Positions 8,216 to 19,201 of a stretch of 64,000 bases of DNA are shown here, in pieces. Numbering within the stretch: position 1 is the stretch's first letter; each line of letters begins with the position of its first letter. Origin of the DNA: Bacteroidota bacterium (lineage in GTDB: Bacteria > Bacteroidota > Bacteroidia > Bacteroidales > JAAAOM01); assembly GCA_009908855.1 (NCBI GenBank), contig JAAAOM010000048.1, positions 64,867-128,866 of the forward strand. The letters run 5' to 3'. The notes beneath the pieces were generated by a model. That model had not been told where the DNA came from. It ran no database searches and saw nothing but the letters and a program-made list of their open reading frames with translations. The position numbers and the translations under genes were made by a program.

Positions 8216-11071
8216 TTATTCAATTTCCAGTTTTAATTCGTCTTTTAAAAATTTAGTGGTATACCCTTTTTTTGAACGTGCTACCTGCTCGGGACTACCT
8301 GTTATTTGAAGTTTGCCGCCACCTTTACCACCTTCAGGGCCTATATCGATGATATGATCTGCCATTTTAATCACATCAATATTATGCTCGATAACAATTA
8401 CTGTATTGCCTTTGTCAACCAGCTTGTTAAGTACCTGGAGCAATACATAAACATCCTCGAAATGCAATCCGGTTGTTGGTTCATCCAGTATATACAATGT
8501 TTTTCCGGTATCCTTTTTGGCCAATTCAGCGGCCAGTTTAACGCGTTGCGATTCACCTCCCGAAAGGGTGGTAGAAGGCTGACCCAATGTGATATAGCCC
8601 AGTCCGACTTCCTGCAGGGTTTTAATTTTTTTTAAGATCGATGGAATATTTTCAAAGAATACCACAGCCTGATTTATGGTTAAATTTAACACATCGCTTA
8701 TGTTTTTACCTTTATAGGTCACTTCCAGCGTTTCCCGATTGTATCGTTTGCCTGAACAATCGCGGCATTCGACATATACATCGGGAAGAAAATTCATTTC
8801 TATGGTTTGTAATCCTGCTCCCTTGCATGTTTCGCATCTGCCGCCTTTCACATTAAATGAAAAACGCCCCGCTTTAAAGCCGCGTATTTTGGCTTCGGGT
8901 GTTTGTTCAAATAATTTGCGTATATCACTGAACACCCCCGTATAGGTTACCGGATTGGAGCGTGGTGTGCGGCCCAAAGGTGATTGATCCACGTCAATTA
9001 CCTTGTCAATATTTGTTAGTCCTTCTACCGTTTTATATGGGAGAGGTTCTTTTTTGGAACGATAAATTTTTTGACTCAGCAACGGATACAATGTTTCGTT
9101 TACCAGGGTTGATTTTCCGCTTCCTGATACCCCGGTAACACAAATAAATTTTCCCAATGGGAAGGCTACATTCATGTTTTTCAGGTTATTACCCGATGCA
9201 CCTGTAATTATTAATTCGTGGCCATTTCCTTCGCGTCTTTTTTGGGGAACTTTTATTTGTTTGATGTTATTCAGATAATCAGAAGTGATAGAAGGTGTTT
9301 GCACAATCTCTTCGGGACTACCGATTGCTACCACTTCTCCACCATGTAGCCCTGCCCGCGGACCCATGTCAACAATATAATCAGATGACAAAATCATATC
9401 TTTATCATGCTCTACCACAATAACCGAATTACCGGAATCCCGTAATTTTTTGAGTGCGTTGATCAAACGGCGGTTGTCGCGTTGATGCAGGCCTATACTG
9501 GGCTCGTCCAGAATATAAAGTACGTTTACGAGTTGTGAGCCTATTTGGGTTGCCAGTCGAATGCGCTGACTTTCTCCACCTGAAAGAGAGCGTGAAGGAC
9601 GATTGAGCGATAAATAACTAAGGCCCACATCCAATAAAAAGAGTATTCGGGAACGTATTTCTTTAAGTATTTCACCGGCTATTTGCAATTGTTTTTTCTC
9701 CAGGTGTTTATCCACTGTTTCAAACCATAAGGATAGTTCCTCAATATCCATCATGGCCAGTTCAGAAATGTTTTTATCATGGATTTTGAAATACAACGAT
9801 TCCTTTTTTAATCGGGCGCCTTCACATTGCGGACAGGTGATGTTCTTTACAAACTGATCGGACCATTTCTTATCCCCACCGGAGTGATCATCACTCTGAT
9901 TGTTGAGTACATGGTTTATGACACCTTCAAAACTTAAAAAATAATTGGATGAAACACCCAAAGGCGTGTTTTTGAGTCGGTATGACTCATCGGAGCCATT
10001 CATGATTATATCAATGGCATCTTCGGGTATATCCTTAATGGGCGTGTTCAACGTAAATCCGTGTTTTTCGCTAATGGACTCAAGCTGCCAGAATATAAGT
10101 TGATTTTTGTAGGGGCCTAATGGTAGAATACCACCTTGTTTAATGCTTTTTTTATCGTCAGGTATAATTTTTTTTAAATCGATTTCTTTTATCTGACCCA
10201 GGCCATTGCATTTCCTGCATGCTCCCTGGGGCGAATTAAATGAAAAACTGTGCGGCGCGGGCTCATTGTATGATATACCGGAGGACGGGCACATTAACTG
10301 CTTGCTGTAATATTTTGGCTCATTGCTGTCAATATCCAGTACCATAATAACATCCTTGCTGTTTTTAAAGGCCAGCTCCAATGAATCTTTTACGCGTTTT
10401 CGATCCTGTTTGTCAATAACAAGTTTGTCAATGACTATTTCTATGTTATGGGTTTTGTAGCGGTCGAGCTTCATACCATGTGTAAGCTCTTTTATTTCTC
10501 CGTTGATGCGGGCGTGTAAAAAGCCTTTACGCCTTATTTGTTCAAATAATTCACGATAATGCCCTTTTCGGCCCTTAACCACCGGAGCCAATAGCATGGT
10601 TTTTTTATTATTGAATTCACTGAGGATCAGGCCAATGATTTGTTCGGTGGTATATTTCACCATTTTATCGCCGGTAATATATGAATAGGCTATACCCGCC
10701 CTGGCATATAATAACCGCAGGAAGTCGTATATTTCAGTAATGGTACCAACCGTAGACCGTGGATTTTTATTTGTCGTTTTCTGCTCAATGGAAATAACGG
10801 GACTTAAACCAGTAATTTTATCCACATCGGGCCGTTCCATGTTACCCAGAAATTGGCGGGCATAAGCCGACATGGTTTCGATGTATCGACGTTGTCCCTC
10901 TGCATAAATAGTGTCGAAAGCAAGCGATGATTTTCCGCTGCCACTTAAACCGGTAATGACCGTTAATTTGTTGCGCGGGATAATGACATCTATATTTTTT
11001 AAATTGTGTACCCGGGCTCCCTGAACATTTATTTCCCGTTCGTCCTCAATAAAGTCTTTTTCCTTTTCCAC
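8216..11071 (-). CDS. uvrA: Excinuclease ABC subunit A
   Basis: 951 aa. Two ABC ATPase modules ([18 protein letters not shown], two LSGGESQR signatures) and zinc-finger Cys clusters ([17 protein letters not shown]). Confidence 0.97.
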   Translation of the reverse strand: MEKEKDFIEDEREINVQGARVHNLKNIDVIIPRNKLTVITGLSGSGKSSLAFDTIYAEGQRRYIETMSAYARQFLGNMERPDVDKITGLSPVISIEQKTTNKNPRSTVGTITEIYDFLRLLYARAGIAYSYITGDKMVKYTTEQIIGLILSEFNNKKTMLLAPVVKGRKGHYRELFEQIRRKGFLHARINGEIKELTHGMKLDRYKTHNIEIVIDKLVIDKQDRKRVKDSLELAFKNSKDVIMVLDIDSNEPKYYSKQLMCPSSGISYNEPAPHSFSFNSPQGACRKCNGLGQIKEIDLKKIIPDDKKSIKQGGILPLGPYKNQLIFWQLESISEKHGFTLNTPIKDIPEDAIDIIMNGSDESYRLKNTPLGVSSNYFLSFEGVINHVLNNQSDDHSGGDKKWSDQFVKNITCPQCEGARLKKESLYFKIHDKNISELAMMDIEELSLWFETVDKHLEKKQLQIAGEILKEIRSRILFLLDVGLSYLSLNRPSRSLSGGESQRIRLATQIGSQLVNVLYILDEPSIGLHQRDNRRLINALKKLRDSGNSVIVVEHDKDMILSSDYIVDMGPRAGLHGGEVVAIGSPEEIVQTPSITSDYLNNIKQIKVPQKRREGNGHELIITGASGNNLKNMNVAFPLGKFICVTGVSGSGKSTLVNETLYPLLSQKIYRSKKEPLPYKTVEGLTNIDKVIDVDQSPLGRTPRSNPVTYTGVFSDIRKLFEQTPEAKIRGFKAGRFSFNVKGGRCETCKGAGLQTIEMNFLPDVYVECRDCSGKRYNRETLEVTYKGKNISDVLNLTINQAVVFFENIPSILKKIKTLQEVGLGYITLGQPSTTLSGGESQRVKLAAELAKKDTGKTLYILDEPTTGLHFEDVYVLLQVLNKLVDKGNTVIVIEHNIDVIKMADHIIDIGPEGGKGGGKLQITGSPEQVARSKKGYTTKFLKDELKLEIE

Positions 11072-11086
11072 GTATCAGTTTACTTA

Positions 11087-11977
11087 TTAATTATGCGGAA
11101 TAGCAATCCGGTAATTTTCATTGTTCCTATTTGTAAGATAACTTTCTCGTAACCAGGGATTGTAATACTTTAACTCTTTATACGATAAATTAAATTGTGC
11201 TGCGAATTGTCCGAAACTTTTAACAGCGGTATCAACATTTACATAATAAACACTATCCGGCCTGTAAAGGTCGTCTTTTCTGTATTGGAACCCGTAATTA
11301 TCCGTATTAGTAAGTATTTCTTTTACGGCAAGTATCCGGTAAACGTACCTTCCGGTTTCTTCTCCAAGCATTAAATTATAATAATCATCCTGTTCCTGCC
11401 GCACCATTTGCAGGGCAAGGCCTGATTTTCCCATATTGTAAGCGGCTGCCACCAGGGTCCAGTTTTTAAATTTATCATAGGCCTCGTTAAAATAGCGACA
11501 GGCAGCCTCAGTCGATTTCACTAAATGATAGCGTTCATCAATTTCGTCGTTAATGGTTAATCCATAATCCTGAGCCGTTCCCTTAAGTAATTGCCAGTAA
11601 CCTACCGCATTGGCAGGAGAAACGGCATTTGTAAGACCACTTTCAATGAGTGCAAGGTATTTAAAATCTTCGGGAACATTATATTCTTCCAATATAGGTT
11701 CAATAACCGGGAAGTATTTATGCGCACGCTTAATGAAAAGCAGGGTTTGCGACTGCCAATAGGTATTGACCAACAATTCGCGGTCAAAAGCTTCGGCTAC
11801 ATCATCTCTTTCCATTGGCGCCGGTTCATTGGCAAACTGAATGGAACCGGGGTGTGGAACAGCAAATATGTTATAAGCATTATTGAATGCTTTTTTATAA
11901 TCCTGGCTATCAAAATTTAGAATCATGAATAACAGGACGAACAATCCCAGCGCTGAAAGATATTTACGGTGTTTCAT
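11087..11977 (-). CDS. Lytic transglycosylase domain-containing protein (SLT/MltD-like)
   Basis: SLT catalytic block LALIESGLTNAVSPANAVGYWQL and AAYNMG. The start is placed at MKHRKYLSALGLFVLLF (a signal/TM segment) rather than at the longer ORF start at 12016. Confidence 0.8.
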   Translation of the reverse strand: MKHRKYLSALGLFVLLFMILNFDSQDYKKAFNNAYNIFAVPHPGSIQFANEPAPMERDDVAEAFDRELLVNTYWQSQTLLFIKRAHKYFPVIEPILEEYNVPEDFKYLALIESGLTNAVSPANAVGYWQLLKGTAQDYGLTINDEIDERYHLVKSTEAACRYFNEAYDKFKNWTLVAAAYNMGKSGLALQMVRQEQDDYYNLMLGEETGRYVYRILAVKEILTNTDNYGFQYRKDDLYRPDSVYYVNVDTAVKSFGQFAAQFNLSYKELKYYNPWLRESYLTNRNNENYRIAIPHN

Positions 11978-12068
11978 AAAAATTAATACTTGTATCCGTA
12001 TTATACACTCATACAATAAAAAAGTTTACAAAAATAACCTTTTAACATCGAAATAATAACCCGGGAAA

Positions 12069-13538
12069 TCAAAAAGAAAAATTTACGCCCGTATATAAAC
12101 CGAAGGCAAAGGGATCAGCTTTTGTCTGATTAATGGATTCCAGGGAGTTCATGTAGTATTTGAGTGTTGGCTCCAGAACAAATACCAATTGTTCATAAAT
12201 AGGATATTCAAAGCCAATACCAACGTGGGTACTATATTTCACTTTATCCAATGCTACGGTTATATCCGATGAATTCTCAATTCCGGCACTTGAAGACGTT
12301 TTACGACGGCCCGATATCAGAAAGTTGGTGGCCATGCCCCCCAATACATTCACTTCCAATTTACGGTTTATTACTGTATAACGCATGGATAAAGGTACCT
12401 CAAGATATTCCACATCATCGGTAATGGTTTGTACATATTGGTTGAGCCGGGTTGTATTTTCCTCCGTATCGTTTTGTTCCGACGTCTCCCCGGTCTGATC
12501 TAATTCAAACCCCAAACGGGGTGGTGCGGCACCTGCCGGACTTGGCGAAATGATGCGATCGGTATTGTTTTGCGCAGTGCTTTCATCACTTACTGTTATA
12601 CGCTCAAATGCCTCGAATTGATGCCGTTGGTCAACTTTGGCATATAAAATCCCGGTTTGTACTGATAAACGTCGGCCTTTGCTCACACTGAATTTAAGCC
12701 CGGCTGTATAGGCCGATAATGCATCTTTATTGATCTCCGGATCGCCCGGTTCAGCGTTTAAAAAAGCCAATGATTGCCTCTCGCCAGCTGGCCTGGATTC
12801 TACTGATGCATATAATGGTGTAGCCACACCGGATAATTGAAACCGGAGTTTATTTTTTTCTTCATTTAGCGCATTGATGGCATATTCATCCAAATAAGGA
12901 TCAACAGCATTTCGATCACTTACGGGAATATTGTTATTGTCGGATAAATCAGCTGATACAAAAGGATTAACTGTTTTTTGCCCGGTTGGTAACAACACTT
13001 CTTTGTTTTCAGCTTTATTAAGATTGCCTATGCGCCTTGTAACAGCCATTTTTTCGGTGATTCCCGTGGGTTGAGATTGATTATCCCGTTTAATGGCTGC
13101 CGGTGTGGAATTGTTGTTAATTAGTATCGCGTCCGGTTCTTTTACAGGCGTACGCTTATCAACTTTATTAATCGAAGCAGCGGTCCCCGGGTTCACATCC
13201 GTTGAATTGTTATTGATGTTTTGGTTATTTTTTTCGGGTGTTGATTTTACCGGTTGATCCGGGTTTGAATCGGTTGCTTTTTGTTCAACGGCTGCATCGG
13301 ACAATGCGTTCTGTTTGTCAATGTTGATATTCGCAGATATAAAATACCCGGTTACCAATGTAATTACAAAGGCAAAAATAGCGGCTGCCCGACTTAAAAG
13401 TATCAGCCTGCGCTTTCTTTTGTTCTCTTTGAGCTTACCGGCTATATTTTCCCATGCATCTTCAGTGGGTGTACTATTTAACTCACCCAATCCTTCGCGA
13501 AAAATATTATCAATATGTTCAAATCTATCGTTCATCAC
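12069..13538 (-). CDS. Anti-sigma-factor-like membrane protein with a C-terminal outer-membrane beta-barrel (PorT/OMP_b-brl-like) domain
   Basis: 489 aa, starting 11 nt downstream of the ECF sigma gene. It has a short cytoplasmic N-terminus, one TM (AAAIFAFVITLVTGYFI), and about 150 aa of N/P/T/K-rich low complexity. The C-terminal ~230 aa has beta-strand periodicity and ends GVNFSF. Confidence 0.5.
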   Translation of the reverse strand: MMNDRFEHIDNIFREGLGELNSTPTEDAWENIAGKLKENKRKRRLILLSRAAAIFAFVITLVTGYFISANINIDKQNALSDAAVEQKATDSNPDQPVKSTPEKNNQNINNNSTDVNPGTAASINKVDKRTPVKEPDAILINNNSTPAAIKRDNQSQPTGITEKMAVTRRIGNLNKAENKEVLLPTGQKTVNPFVSADLSDNNNIPVSDRNAVDPYLDEYAINALNEEKNKLRFQLSGVATPLYASVESRPAGERQSLAFLNAEPGDPEINKDALSAYTAGLKFSVSKGRRLSVQTGILYAKVDQRHQFEAFERITVSDESTAQNNTDRIISPSPAGAAPPRLGFELDQTGETSEQNDTEENTTRLNQYVQTITDDVEYLEVPLSMRYTVINRKLEVNVLGGMATNFLISGRRKTSSSAGIENSSDITVALDKVKYSTHVGIGFEYPIYEQLVFVLEPTLKYYMNSLESINQTKADPFAFGLYTGVNFSF

Positions 13539-13549
13539 CTTGCTTCAAA

Positions 13550-14101
13550 TTAAATTACTGATCGTTCCTGATGATAATATTTGGCTACCTTTTGTTGTAA
13601 TATCGTTCTTGCACGCGATAAATTAGACTTGGAAGTACCTTCCGTTATGTCGAGCATATCACTAATTTCTTTATGTGAATAACCTTCTATGGCATAGAGG
13701 TTAAAAACAACTCTGTATTTGGGTGATAATTCCTGGATGAATGCAAGTAGTTCTTTTTCCGACAGTTGGTCGTTAACAGGGTCATGCTGATCTATATTGT
13801 TTAGTTTTAACAGGTTATCTTCAGTTGCAATGATCCTTACCTGACCCCTGAATTTCTCCAATGCAGTATTTACAAAAATACGCCGAACCCAGCCTTCAAA
13901 GGAACCTTTTCCTTCATATTGGGTAATTTTTTCAAACACCTTCACAAAACCATCCTGAAGTATGTCCTGTGCGTCCTCATGGTTGTTTGAATAACGCACG
14001 CATACTCCAAACATCTTTGACGACATAAGCTCATACAAAGCTTTTTGCGCCATCGGGTTCTTTTTTTGACAACCCTTAATGATGCCTGGTAATTTGTCCA
14101 C
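13550..14101 (-). CDS. RNA polymerase ECF-type sigma-70 family factor
   Basis: Region 2 (DAQDILQDGFVKVFEKI...FEGWVRRIFVNTAL) and region 4 (YRVVFNLYAIEGYSHKEISDMLDITEGTSKSNLSRAR). The maximal ORF runs to 14251. I place the start at the in-frame GTG at 14101, giving MDKLPGIIKGCQ..., because the extra ~50 aa (MIYSNKFIKK...) is not sigma-like. The start is uncertain. Confidence 0.8.
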   Translation of the reverse strand: MDKLPGIIKGCQKKNPMAQKALYELMSSKMFGVCVRYSNNHEDAQDILQDGFVKVFEKITQYEGKGSFEGWVRRIFVNTALEKFRGQVRIIATEDNLLKLNNIDQHDPVNDQLSEKELLAFIQELSPKYRVVFNLYAIEGYSHKEISDMLDITEGTSKSNLSRARTILQQKVAKYYHQERSVI

Positions 14102-14381
14102 GAAGGTTATTCTTTTTGTTAAATACTTTTGTTCTTGCAAGTTATAACAATTTAGCGGGACATCATCACCATTTAACGAAAAATAGATGATATAAAACAT
14201 AAAATGGTTGCGTACCAGAATTTTTTTTATAAACTTGTTGGAATAAATCAATTATTGATTTCCAAACACAGGACTGGCATAATATCATTTATTCTAAATA
14301 ATTCTTAAAATAAAATTGTTGATCATCAAATATTTCATAAGTCTATCACGTTATGCATTATAAATAATTCAAGTTTTTTTC

Positions 14382-15077
14382 ATGATTGCGCTAAATAATC
14401 TTCACAAATCTTATTTTAACGGCTCCAATCAGTTACATGTACTTAAAGGTATTGACCTCGAAATTCAGGATGGTGAACTGGTTTCCATTATGGGATCATC
14501 GGGTTCCGGAAAATCAACACTTTTGAATATTCTGGGTATTTTGGATAATTATGATGAGGGTAATTATTATCTCGCCGATAAGTTAATAAAGGACCTGAAT
14601 GAAACCAAAGCTGCCTGGTACAGAAATCAAATGATCGGATTTGTATTTCAGTCGTTTAACCTAATTTCGTTTAAAAATGCAGTGGAAAATGTTGCGTTAC
14701 CTTTATATTATCAGGGGGTGCCACGTAAAAAACGCAACAGGATAGCATTGGAATTTCTGGATGAAATGGGGCTAAAGGATTGGGCCGACCACCTGCCCAA
14801 TGAATTATCAGGCGGACAAAAACAACGGGTAGCAATAGCCAGGTCGTTAATTACAAATCCGAATGTTATTCTGGCTGATGAACCTACCGGGGCCCTGGAC
14901 TCTCAAACGTCTTATGAGGTAATGGACATATTTAAAAAAGTCAATGAAAAAGGTATTACGGTGATTATTGTAACGCATGAAAAGGATATATCCGAGCGCA
15001 CCGATCGCATCATTCATCTGGCTGACGGACTGATTGATAAGGAATACCGCCCCAAAAAAACCATGGATTATGTTTAA
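14382..15077 (+). CDS. ABC transporter ATP-binding protein (MacB/LolD-type)
   Basis: 231 aa with Walker [10 protein letters not shown], signature LSGGQKQR and Walker [12 protein letters not shown]. Confidence 0.92.
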   Translation: MIALNNLHKSYFNGSNQLHVLKGIDLEIQDGELVSIMGSSGSGKSTLLNILGILDNYDEGNYYLADKLIKDLNETKAAWYRNQMIGFVFQSFNLISFKNAVENVALPLYYQGVPRKKRNRIALEFLDEMGLKDWADHLPNELSGGQKQRVAIARSLITNPNVILADEPTGALDSQTSYEVMDIFKKVNEKGITVIIVTHEKDISERTDRIIHLADGLIDKEYRPKKTMDYV

Positions 15078-16293
15078 CCTGGACCAGTGGCAGGAAATAT
15101 TTAGTACCATACGCAAAAATAAATTGCGCACGCTTCTTACGGCTTTCAGTGTTGTTTGGGGCATTTTTATGTTGGTATTGCTACAAGGTGCCGGCAATGG
15201 ATTGGCCGAGGGTGTTTTGTATAATTTCAGCGATGCCCGTAATGCTGTATGGATGGGTGGTGGTACAACCAGCATGGCACATGAGGGTTATAATGCAGGC
15301 CGGCGTATTGAACTTACCAACGAAGACCTGGATTTGCTTGATAAGCATTTCCCCGAGATTGAAAATATATCCGCCCGACATTACATAAATGCCAATGTTA
15401 TTAGTTATAAAAATAATTATGGAGATTTTGGTGTTTTCGCTATTCACACAGGACATCAGGTAGCTGAGGCGCTTGAACTGGTTGAAGGCCGTCTGTTGAA
15501 CGAATATGACATTCAGCACTACCGGAAAGTGGCTGTTATTGGCACATCCATGCGCGAGCAGCTTTTTAAGGAAGAAAATCCGATAGGCAAATACATTAAA
15601 ATCAATAATATCAGCTTTAAGATAGTTGGCGTTTTTGGTGATATACATGAAGGAGAAACAAGTAGAGCCTATATTCCCATTTCAATGGCTCAAAAAACGT
15701 TTATTGCCAAAAACTCTATTGGATTTTTCACTTTCACCGCCGGGAATGCGAATGTTGAGGAGATAAATGCAACAGTTGAAAAAATAAGACGCATGTATGC
15801 CGGCAAACACCATTTCAGCCTCGATGATCAGCGTGCTATGTGGTCACATAATGCACTTGAGAACTTCCAACAAATGCAAATGGTATTTAAGGCGATCAAT
15901 CTGTTTGTGTTGATCATTGGTATTTTTACCGTAATCGCCGGGGTGGTGGGTGTAAGTAACATAATGCTTATAGTGGTAAAGGAACGCACCAAAGAAATAG
16001 GTGTACGAAAAGCGCTTGGTGCCCGGCCCCGATCCATTATATTTCTAATACTTCAGGAATCCGTTTTTATAACCGGAATTGCGGGATATATAGGCCTTTT
16101 CCTCGGAGTAATATTGTTGGAAAGCATTAACAAAGTTATGCCGGCAACTGAGTTTTTCAGAAATCCCGGTGTAAATTTAAAAATGGCTGTTTTTGCCACC
16201 TTATTAATTATTATTGCCGGAGCGCTTGCCGGGTTTTTTCCTGCAAGAAAAGCGGCACATATAAAACCTGTAGTTGCATTGCGCGACGAATAA
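15070..16293 (+). CDS. ABC transporter permease, MacB-like periplasmic core plus FtsX domain (paralog 1)
   Basis: The start at [26 protein letters not shown] overlaps the upstream stop as ATGTTTAA. A C-terminal FtsX 3-TM bundle follows (ERTKEIGVRKALGA). Confidence 0.88.
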   Translation: MFNLDQWQEIFSTIRKNKLRTLLTAFSVVWGIFMLVLLQGAGNGLAEGVLYNFSDARNAVWMGGGTTSMAHEGYNAGRRIELTNEDLDLLDKHFPEIENISARHYINANVISYKNNYGDFGVFAIHTGHQVAEALELVEGRLLNEYDIQHYRKVAVIGTSMREQLFKEENPIGKYIKINNISFKIVGVFGDIHEGETSRAYIPISMAQKTFIAKNSIGFFTFTAGNANVEEINATVEKIRRMYAGKHHFSLDDQRAMWSHNALENFQQMQMVFKAINLFVLIIGIFTVIAGVVGVSNIMLIVVKERTKEIGVRKALGARPRSIIFLILQESVFITGIAGYIGLFLGVILLESINKVMPATEFFRNPGVNLKMAVFATLLIIIAGALAGFFPARKAAHIKPVVALRDE

Positions 16294-16304
16294 TTAAATC
16301 AGCT

Positions 16305-17570
16305 ATGTTCGACTATGATAAATGGCAGGAAATATTACACACCCTCAGAAAAAACAAGCTGCGGACCCTATTAACTGCTTTTGGTGTGTTTTGGGGTGTT
16401 TTTATGTTGGTAATTATGTTGGGTGCCGGCAAGGGTCTGCAAAATGCTATCTATTCGGGTATGGGTGATTTTGCCACCAACAGCATGTTTGTATGGGCAC
16501 AACCAACAACCATGCCTTATGACGGCTTTCCGCGTAACAGATACTATAGTTTTAAAATTGAAGATATGGAGGCTATTAAGAACGCAGTGTCGGCTATTGA
16601 CGTTATAACACCAACAGTTAATGGTGGTGGATGGCGCCAAACAACCAATGTAGTATACCAAATGCAAAAGGGCGCGTATGAGGTGAAAGGAATCATGTCG
16701 GGTGAAAACAAAATAGATCCGGTAGATATATATAAGGGACGTTATATAAATGAGATTGACAATTTACATACACGTAAAGTGATTTTAATTGGCTACCGGG
16801 TATATGAAGAGTTGTTTGCCAAAGGAGAGGACCCCGTTAATAAGTATGTAAAGTTAAATGGTATCTATTTTAAAGTAATTGGTGTTTTTAAATCCAGACA
16901 TACAGGCGGATGGGGCGAACAGCAAAATTCGCTTATGTTCATACCCTTTACAACTACCCAACAAATATATAATTATCCAAACAATGTAGATCATTTCTCC
17001 ATCGTTGGAAAACCGGATGCAGATATAAGTCAAGTAGAATCATCGGTTAAAGCTGTGCTGGCCCGGCGGCACGGCATTCATCCGGATGATAAAGGGGCGT
17101 TTGGAAGTAATAATGTAGGGGAAAGATTTAAAAAAATGAATGGGCTGTTCCTGGGTATAAGAGGATTGGTATGGTTTGTGGGTGTTTTTACCTTGCTGGC
17201 AGGCGTAATTGGTGTGAGTAATATCATGCTCATTATCATCAGGGAGCGCACCCAGGAAATCGGGATAAAACGTGCCGTTGGCGCCAAACCGGTTAAAATT
17301 ATTTCCATGATCATTTCAGAATCTGTTTTTCTGACCTCTATTGCCGGATTACTGGGTATGGCAACGGGTATATACCTGGTTTCACTGGCCGATAAACTGA
17401 TCGGGAATCCGGAGGCAGGAAATGCAGTTATTTTAAATCCGGAAATAGACATTCGTGTGGCAATAACTGCCGTTGCGGTATTGGTGGTATTCGGAATGCT
17501 TGCGGGAATAATTCCTGCCAGAAGGGCAGTGTCAATCAAACCGATTGAAGCGATACATGATCAGAATTAA
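16305..17570 (+). CDS. ABC transporter permease, MacB-like/FtsX domain (paralog 2)
   Basis: 421 aa. The N-terminus (KWQEILHTLRKNKLRTLLTAFGVFWGVFMLV) is nearly identical in pattern to paralog 1. Contains ERTQEIGIKRAVGA. Confidence 0.88.
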   Translation: MFDYDKWQEILHTLRKNKLRTLLTAFGVFWGVFMLVIMLGAGKGLQNAIYSGMGDFATNSMFVWAQPTTMPYDGFPRNRYYSFKIEDMEAIKNAVSAIDVITPTVNGGGWRQTTNVVYQMQKGAYEVKGIMSGENKIDPVDIYKGRYINEIDNLHTRKVILIGYRVYEELFAKGEDPVNKYVKLNGIYFKVIGVFKSRHTGGWGEQQNSLMFIPFTTTQQIYNYPNNVDHFSIVGKPDADISQVESSVKAVLARRHGIHPDDKGAFGSNNVGERFKKMNGLFLGIRGLVWFVGVFTLLAGVIGVSNIMLIIIRERTQEIGIKRAVGAKPVKIISMIISESVFLTSIAGLLGMATGIYLVSLADKLIGNPEAGNAVILNPEIDIRVAITAVAVLVVFGMLAGIIPARRAVSIKPIEAIHDQN

Positions 17571-17594
17571 TCATAACACAATAAATTATTTACC

Positions 17595-18683
17595 ATGAAA
17601 AAGGTTTTATATATCATACTGGGAGTTGTAATTGTAGGCTTAATTGCAGGCAGTGCATACATTTTATACAAAAAATCCAAAAAAAAGGAGGTGGTTTTTG
17701 AAACGGTTAGTCCGTCTGTTTCAAACATTGTGAATAAAACGGTAGCAACCGGGTCTGTTATTCCACGTAAGGAAATTGCCATTAAGCCACAGGTGTCAGG
17801 TATTATTTCAGAAATTTATGTGCAGCCGGGAGAGAAAGTAAAAACCGGTGATCTGATTGCTAAGGTAAAAATAATACCGGATATGGTGGCGCTTAACAAT
17901 GCAGAATCGCGATTGAATAAGGCCAGGCTCCAATATGATGATGCAAAGCTCGTGTATGATCGTCAGAAGCAAATATACCAACAGGGTGTCATACCTGAGG
18001 CTGAGTTTCAACGATACCGCATTGATTACCAGGCCGCTTTAGAAGAAGTTGATGCAGCAGAAAACAACCTGCAATTGGTGAAAGAAGGCATCACCAAAAA
18101 GGCCGGTAACGTTTCAAACACCCTTATCAGATCAACCATTGCGGGTATGGTGCTGGATGTGCCGGTTGAAGTAGGATGGTCGGTGATTCAGGCCAATACC
18201 TTTAATGAAGGAACCACCATTGCTTCGGTAGCCGACATGGGAGAAATGGTTTTTGAAGGTAAAATTGATGAAACTGAAGTAGGTAAAATTCACGAAGGAA
18301 TGAAACTTGAACTTACCGTTGGTGCCATCGAGAACGAAAAATTCAATGCCCTTCTTGAGTATATAGCTCCCAAAGGAACCGAAGAAAACGGAACTGTGCA
18401 GTTTGAAATAAAAGCTAAGGTAAACCTGAAAGACGATAAATTTATAAGAGCCGGCTATAGTGCCAATGCAGATATTGTAATTGACCGGCGGGATAGTGTA
18501 ATGGTTATTCCCGAAGGTATTCTTGGTTTTGAGGAAGACTCAGATTCGGTTTTTGTTGAGGTTGAAACAGCACCGCAGGAATTTGAAAAGCGGCATATAT
18601 CAACGGGTTTATCTGATGGTATTAATATTGAAGTATTGGAGGGTGTAACGATGGACGAAAAATTAAAATCAAAAAAATTATAA
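17595..18683 (+). CDS. Efflux transporter periplasmic adaptor subunit (HlyD/MacA/RND MFP family)
   Basis: 362 aa with an N-terminal TM, a lipoyl-like hairpin (GDLIAKV...), a coiled-coil segment and a beta-barrel domain. It is the last gene of the ABC operon. Confidence 0.88.
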   Translation: MKKVLYIILGVVIVGLIAGSAYILYKKSKKKEVVFETVSPSVSNIVNKTVATGSVIPRKEIAIKPQVSGIISEIYVQPGEKVKTGDLIAKVKIIPDMVALNNAESRLNKARLQYDDAKLVYDRQKQIYQQGVIPEAEFQRYRIDYQAALEEVDAAENNLQLVKEGITKKAGNVSNTLIRSTIAGMVLDVPVEVGWSVIQANTFNEGTTIASVADMGEMVFEGKIDETEVGKIHEGMKLELTVGAIENEKFNALLEYIAPKGTEENGTVQFEIKAKVNLKDDKFIRAGYSANADIVIDRRDSVMVIPEGILGFEEDSDSVFVEVETAPQEFEKRHISTGLSDGINIEVLEGVTMDEKLKSKKL

Positions 18684-18771
18684 TTCCGGATTCTCTTTCA
18701 TGTTTTATTGTAAAAAAATGTTAATTTTGTCCCTAATAATTGGGGTTTAGTTTGGGTTATTTACTCTTATT

Positions 18772-18797
18772 GCCCGGCTGTTCAGTCGGGCTTTTTT
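18772..18797 (+). terminator. Rho-independent terminator after the ABC/MFP operon
   Basis: GCCCGGC-TGTTCA-GTCGGGC stem-loop (one G-U pair) followed by TTTTTT. Confidence 0.6.
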
Positions 18798-18910
18798 CAT
18801 TATATACAGTGATTTTCAGACGTTTTATTCTTGTGTTTTATTGATCTGTCTCATCCTATTTCGGTAAGTTATATCACCTGTAATTAATTGATAATTAAAA
18901 AACAATGGCG

Positions 18911-18918
18911 TATCTTTG
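18911..18918 (+). promoter_or_regulatory. Candidate -7 promoter box (TATCTTTG)
   Basis: Perfect TAnnTTTG, 34 nt upstream of the ATG at 18952. Confidence 0.35.
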
Positions 18919-18951
18919 AATAAATGTTGAATCACCTCAATACACGGTCTT

Positions 18952-19158
18952 ATGAAGAACTCGCAGCATGACATTAAAAATCTGATCACACACATTTATG
19001 AATGCCAGAAGAAGATAATTCTGAACAAGCATTTCATCAAGGAACTTGAGCTATTAGGGGAGGACACTACAAATTTAGACAATGAAATACGCGAGCTCGA
19101 ACAAAAAATTTCTGTTTACAAGAGTGAACTGAGAAAAAACTATGAGTATGCGTATTAA
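18952..19158 (+). CDS. Small hypothetical coiled-coil protein (68 aa)
   Basis: Stand-alone ORF with its own -7 box and a downstream terminator. Heptad-like charged sequence (ELELLGEDTTNLDNEIRELEQKISVYKSELRK). No family recognised. Confidence 0.4.
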   Translation: MKNSQHDIKNLITHIYECQKKIILNKHFIKELELLGEDTTNLDNEIRELEQKISVYKSELRKNYEYAY

Positions 19159-19201
19159 ATGTCAAAATTAGCTGACCTTACTATTGAATTATTTTAACAC
19201 G

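Noticed and set aside
14102-14251. The N-terminal ~50-aa extension of the ECF sigma ORF (MIYSNKFIKKILVRNHFMFYIIYFSLNGDD...).
   Set aside because: The sequence is AT-driven and not sigma-like. An in-frame GTG gives a canonical ...IIKGCQKKNPMAQKALYE... N-terminus. I cannot prove the start, so uncertainty is flagged in the feature.
14382-18683. Considered the ABC ATPase + two FtsX/MacB permeases + HlyD adaptor as a candidate novel system.
   Set aside because: This four-gene MacAB-like layout with duplicated permeases is common in Bacteroidota. The only mild oddity is that no TolC-like gene lies in the operon.
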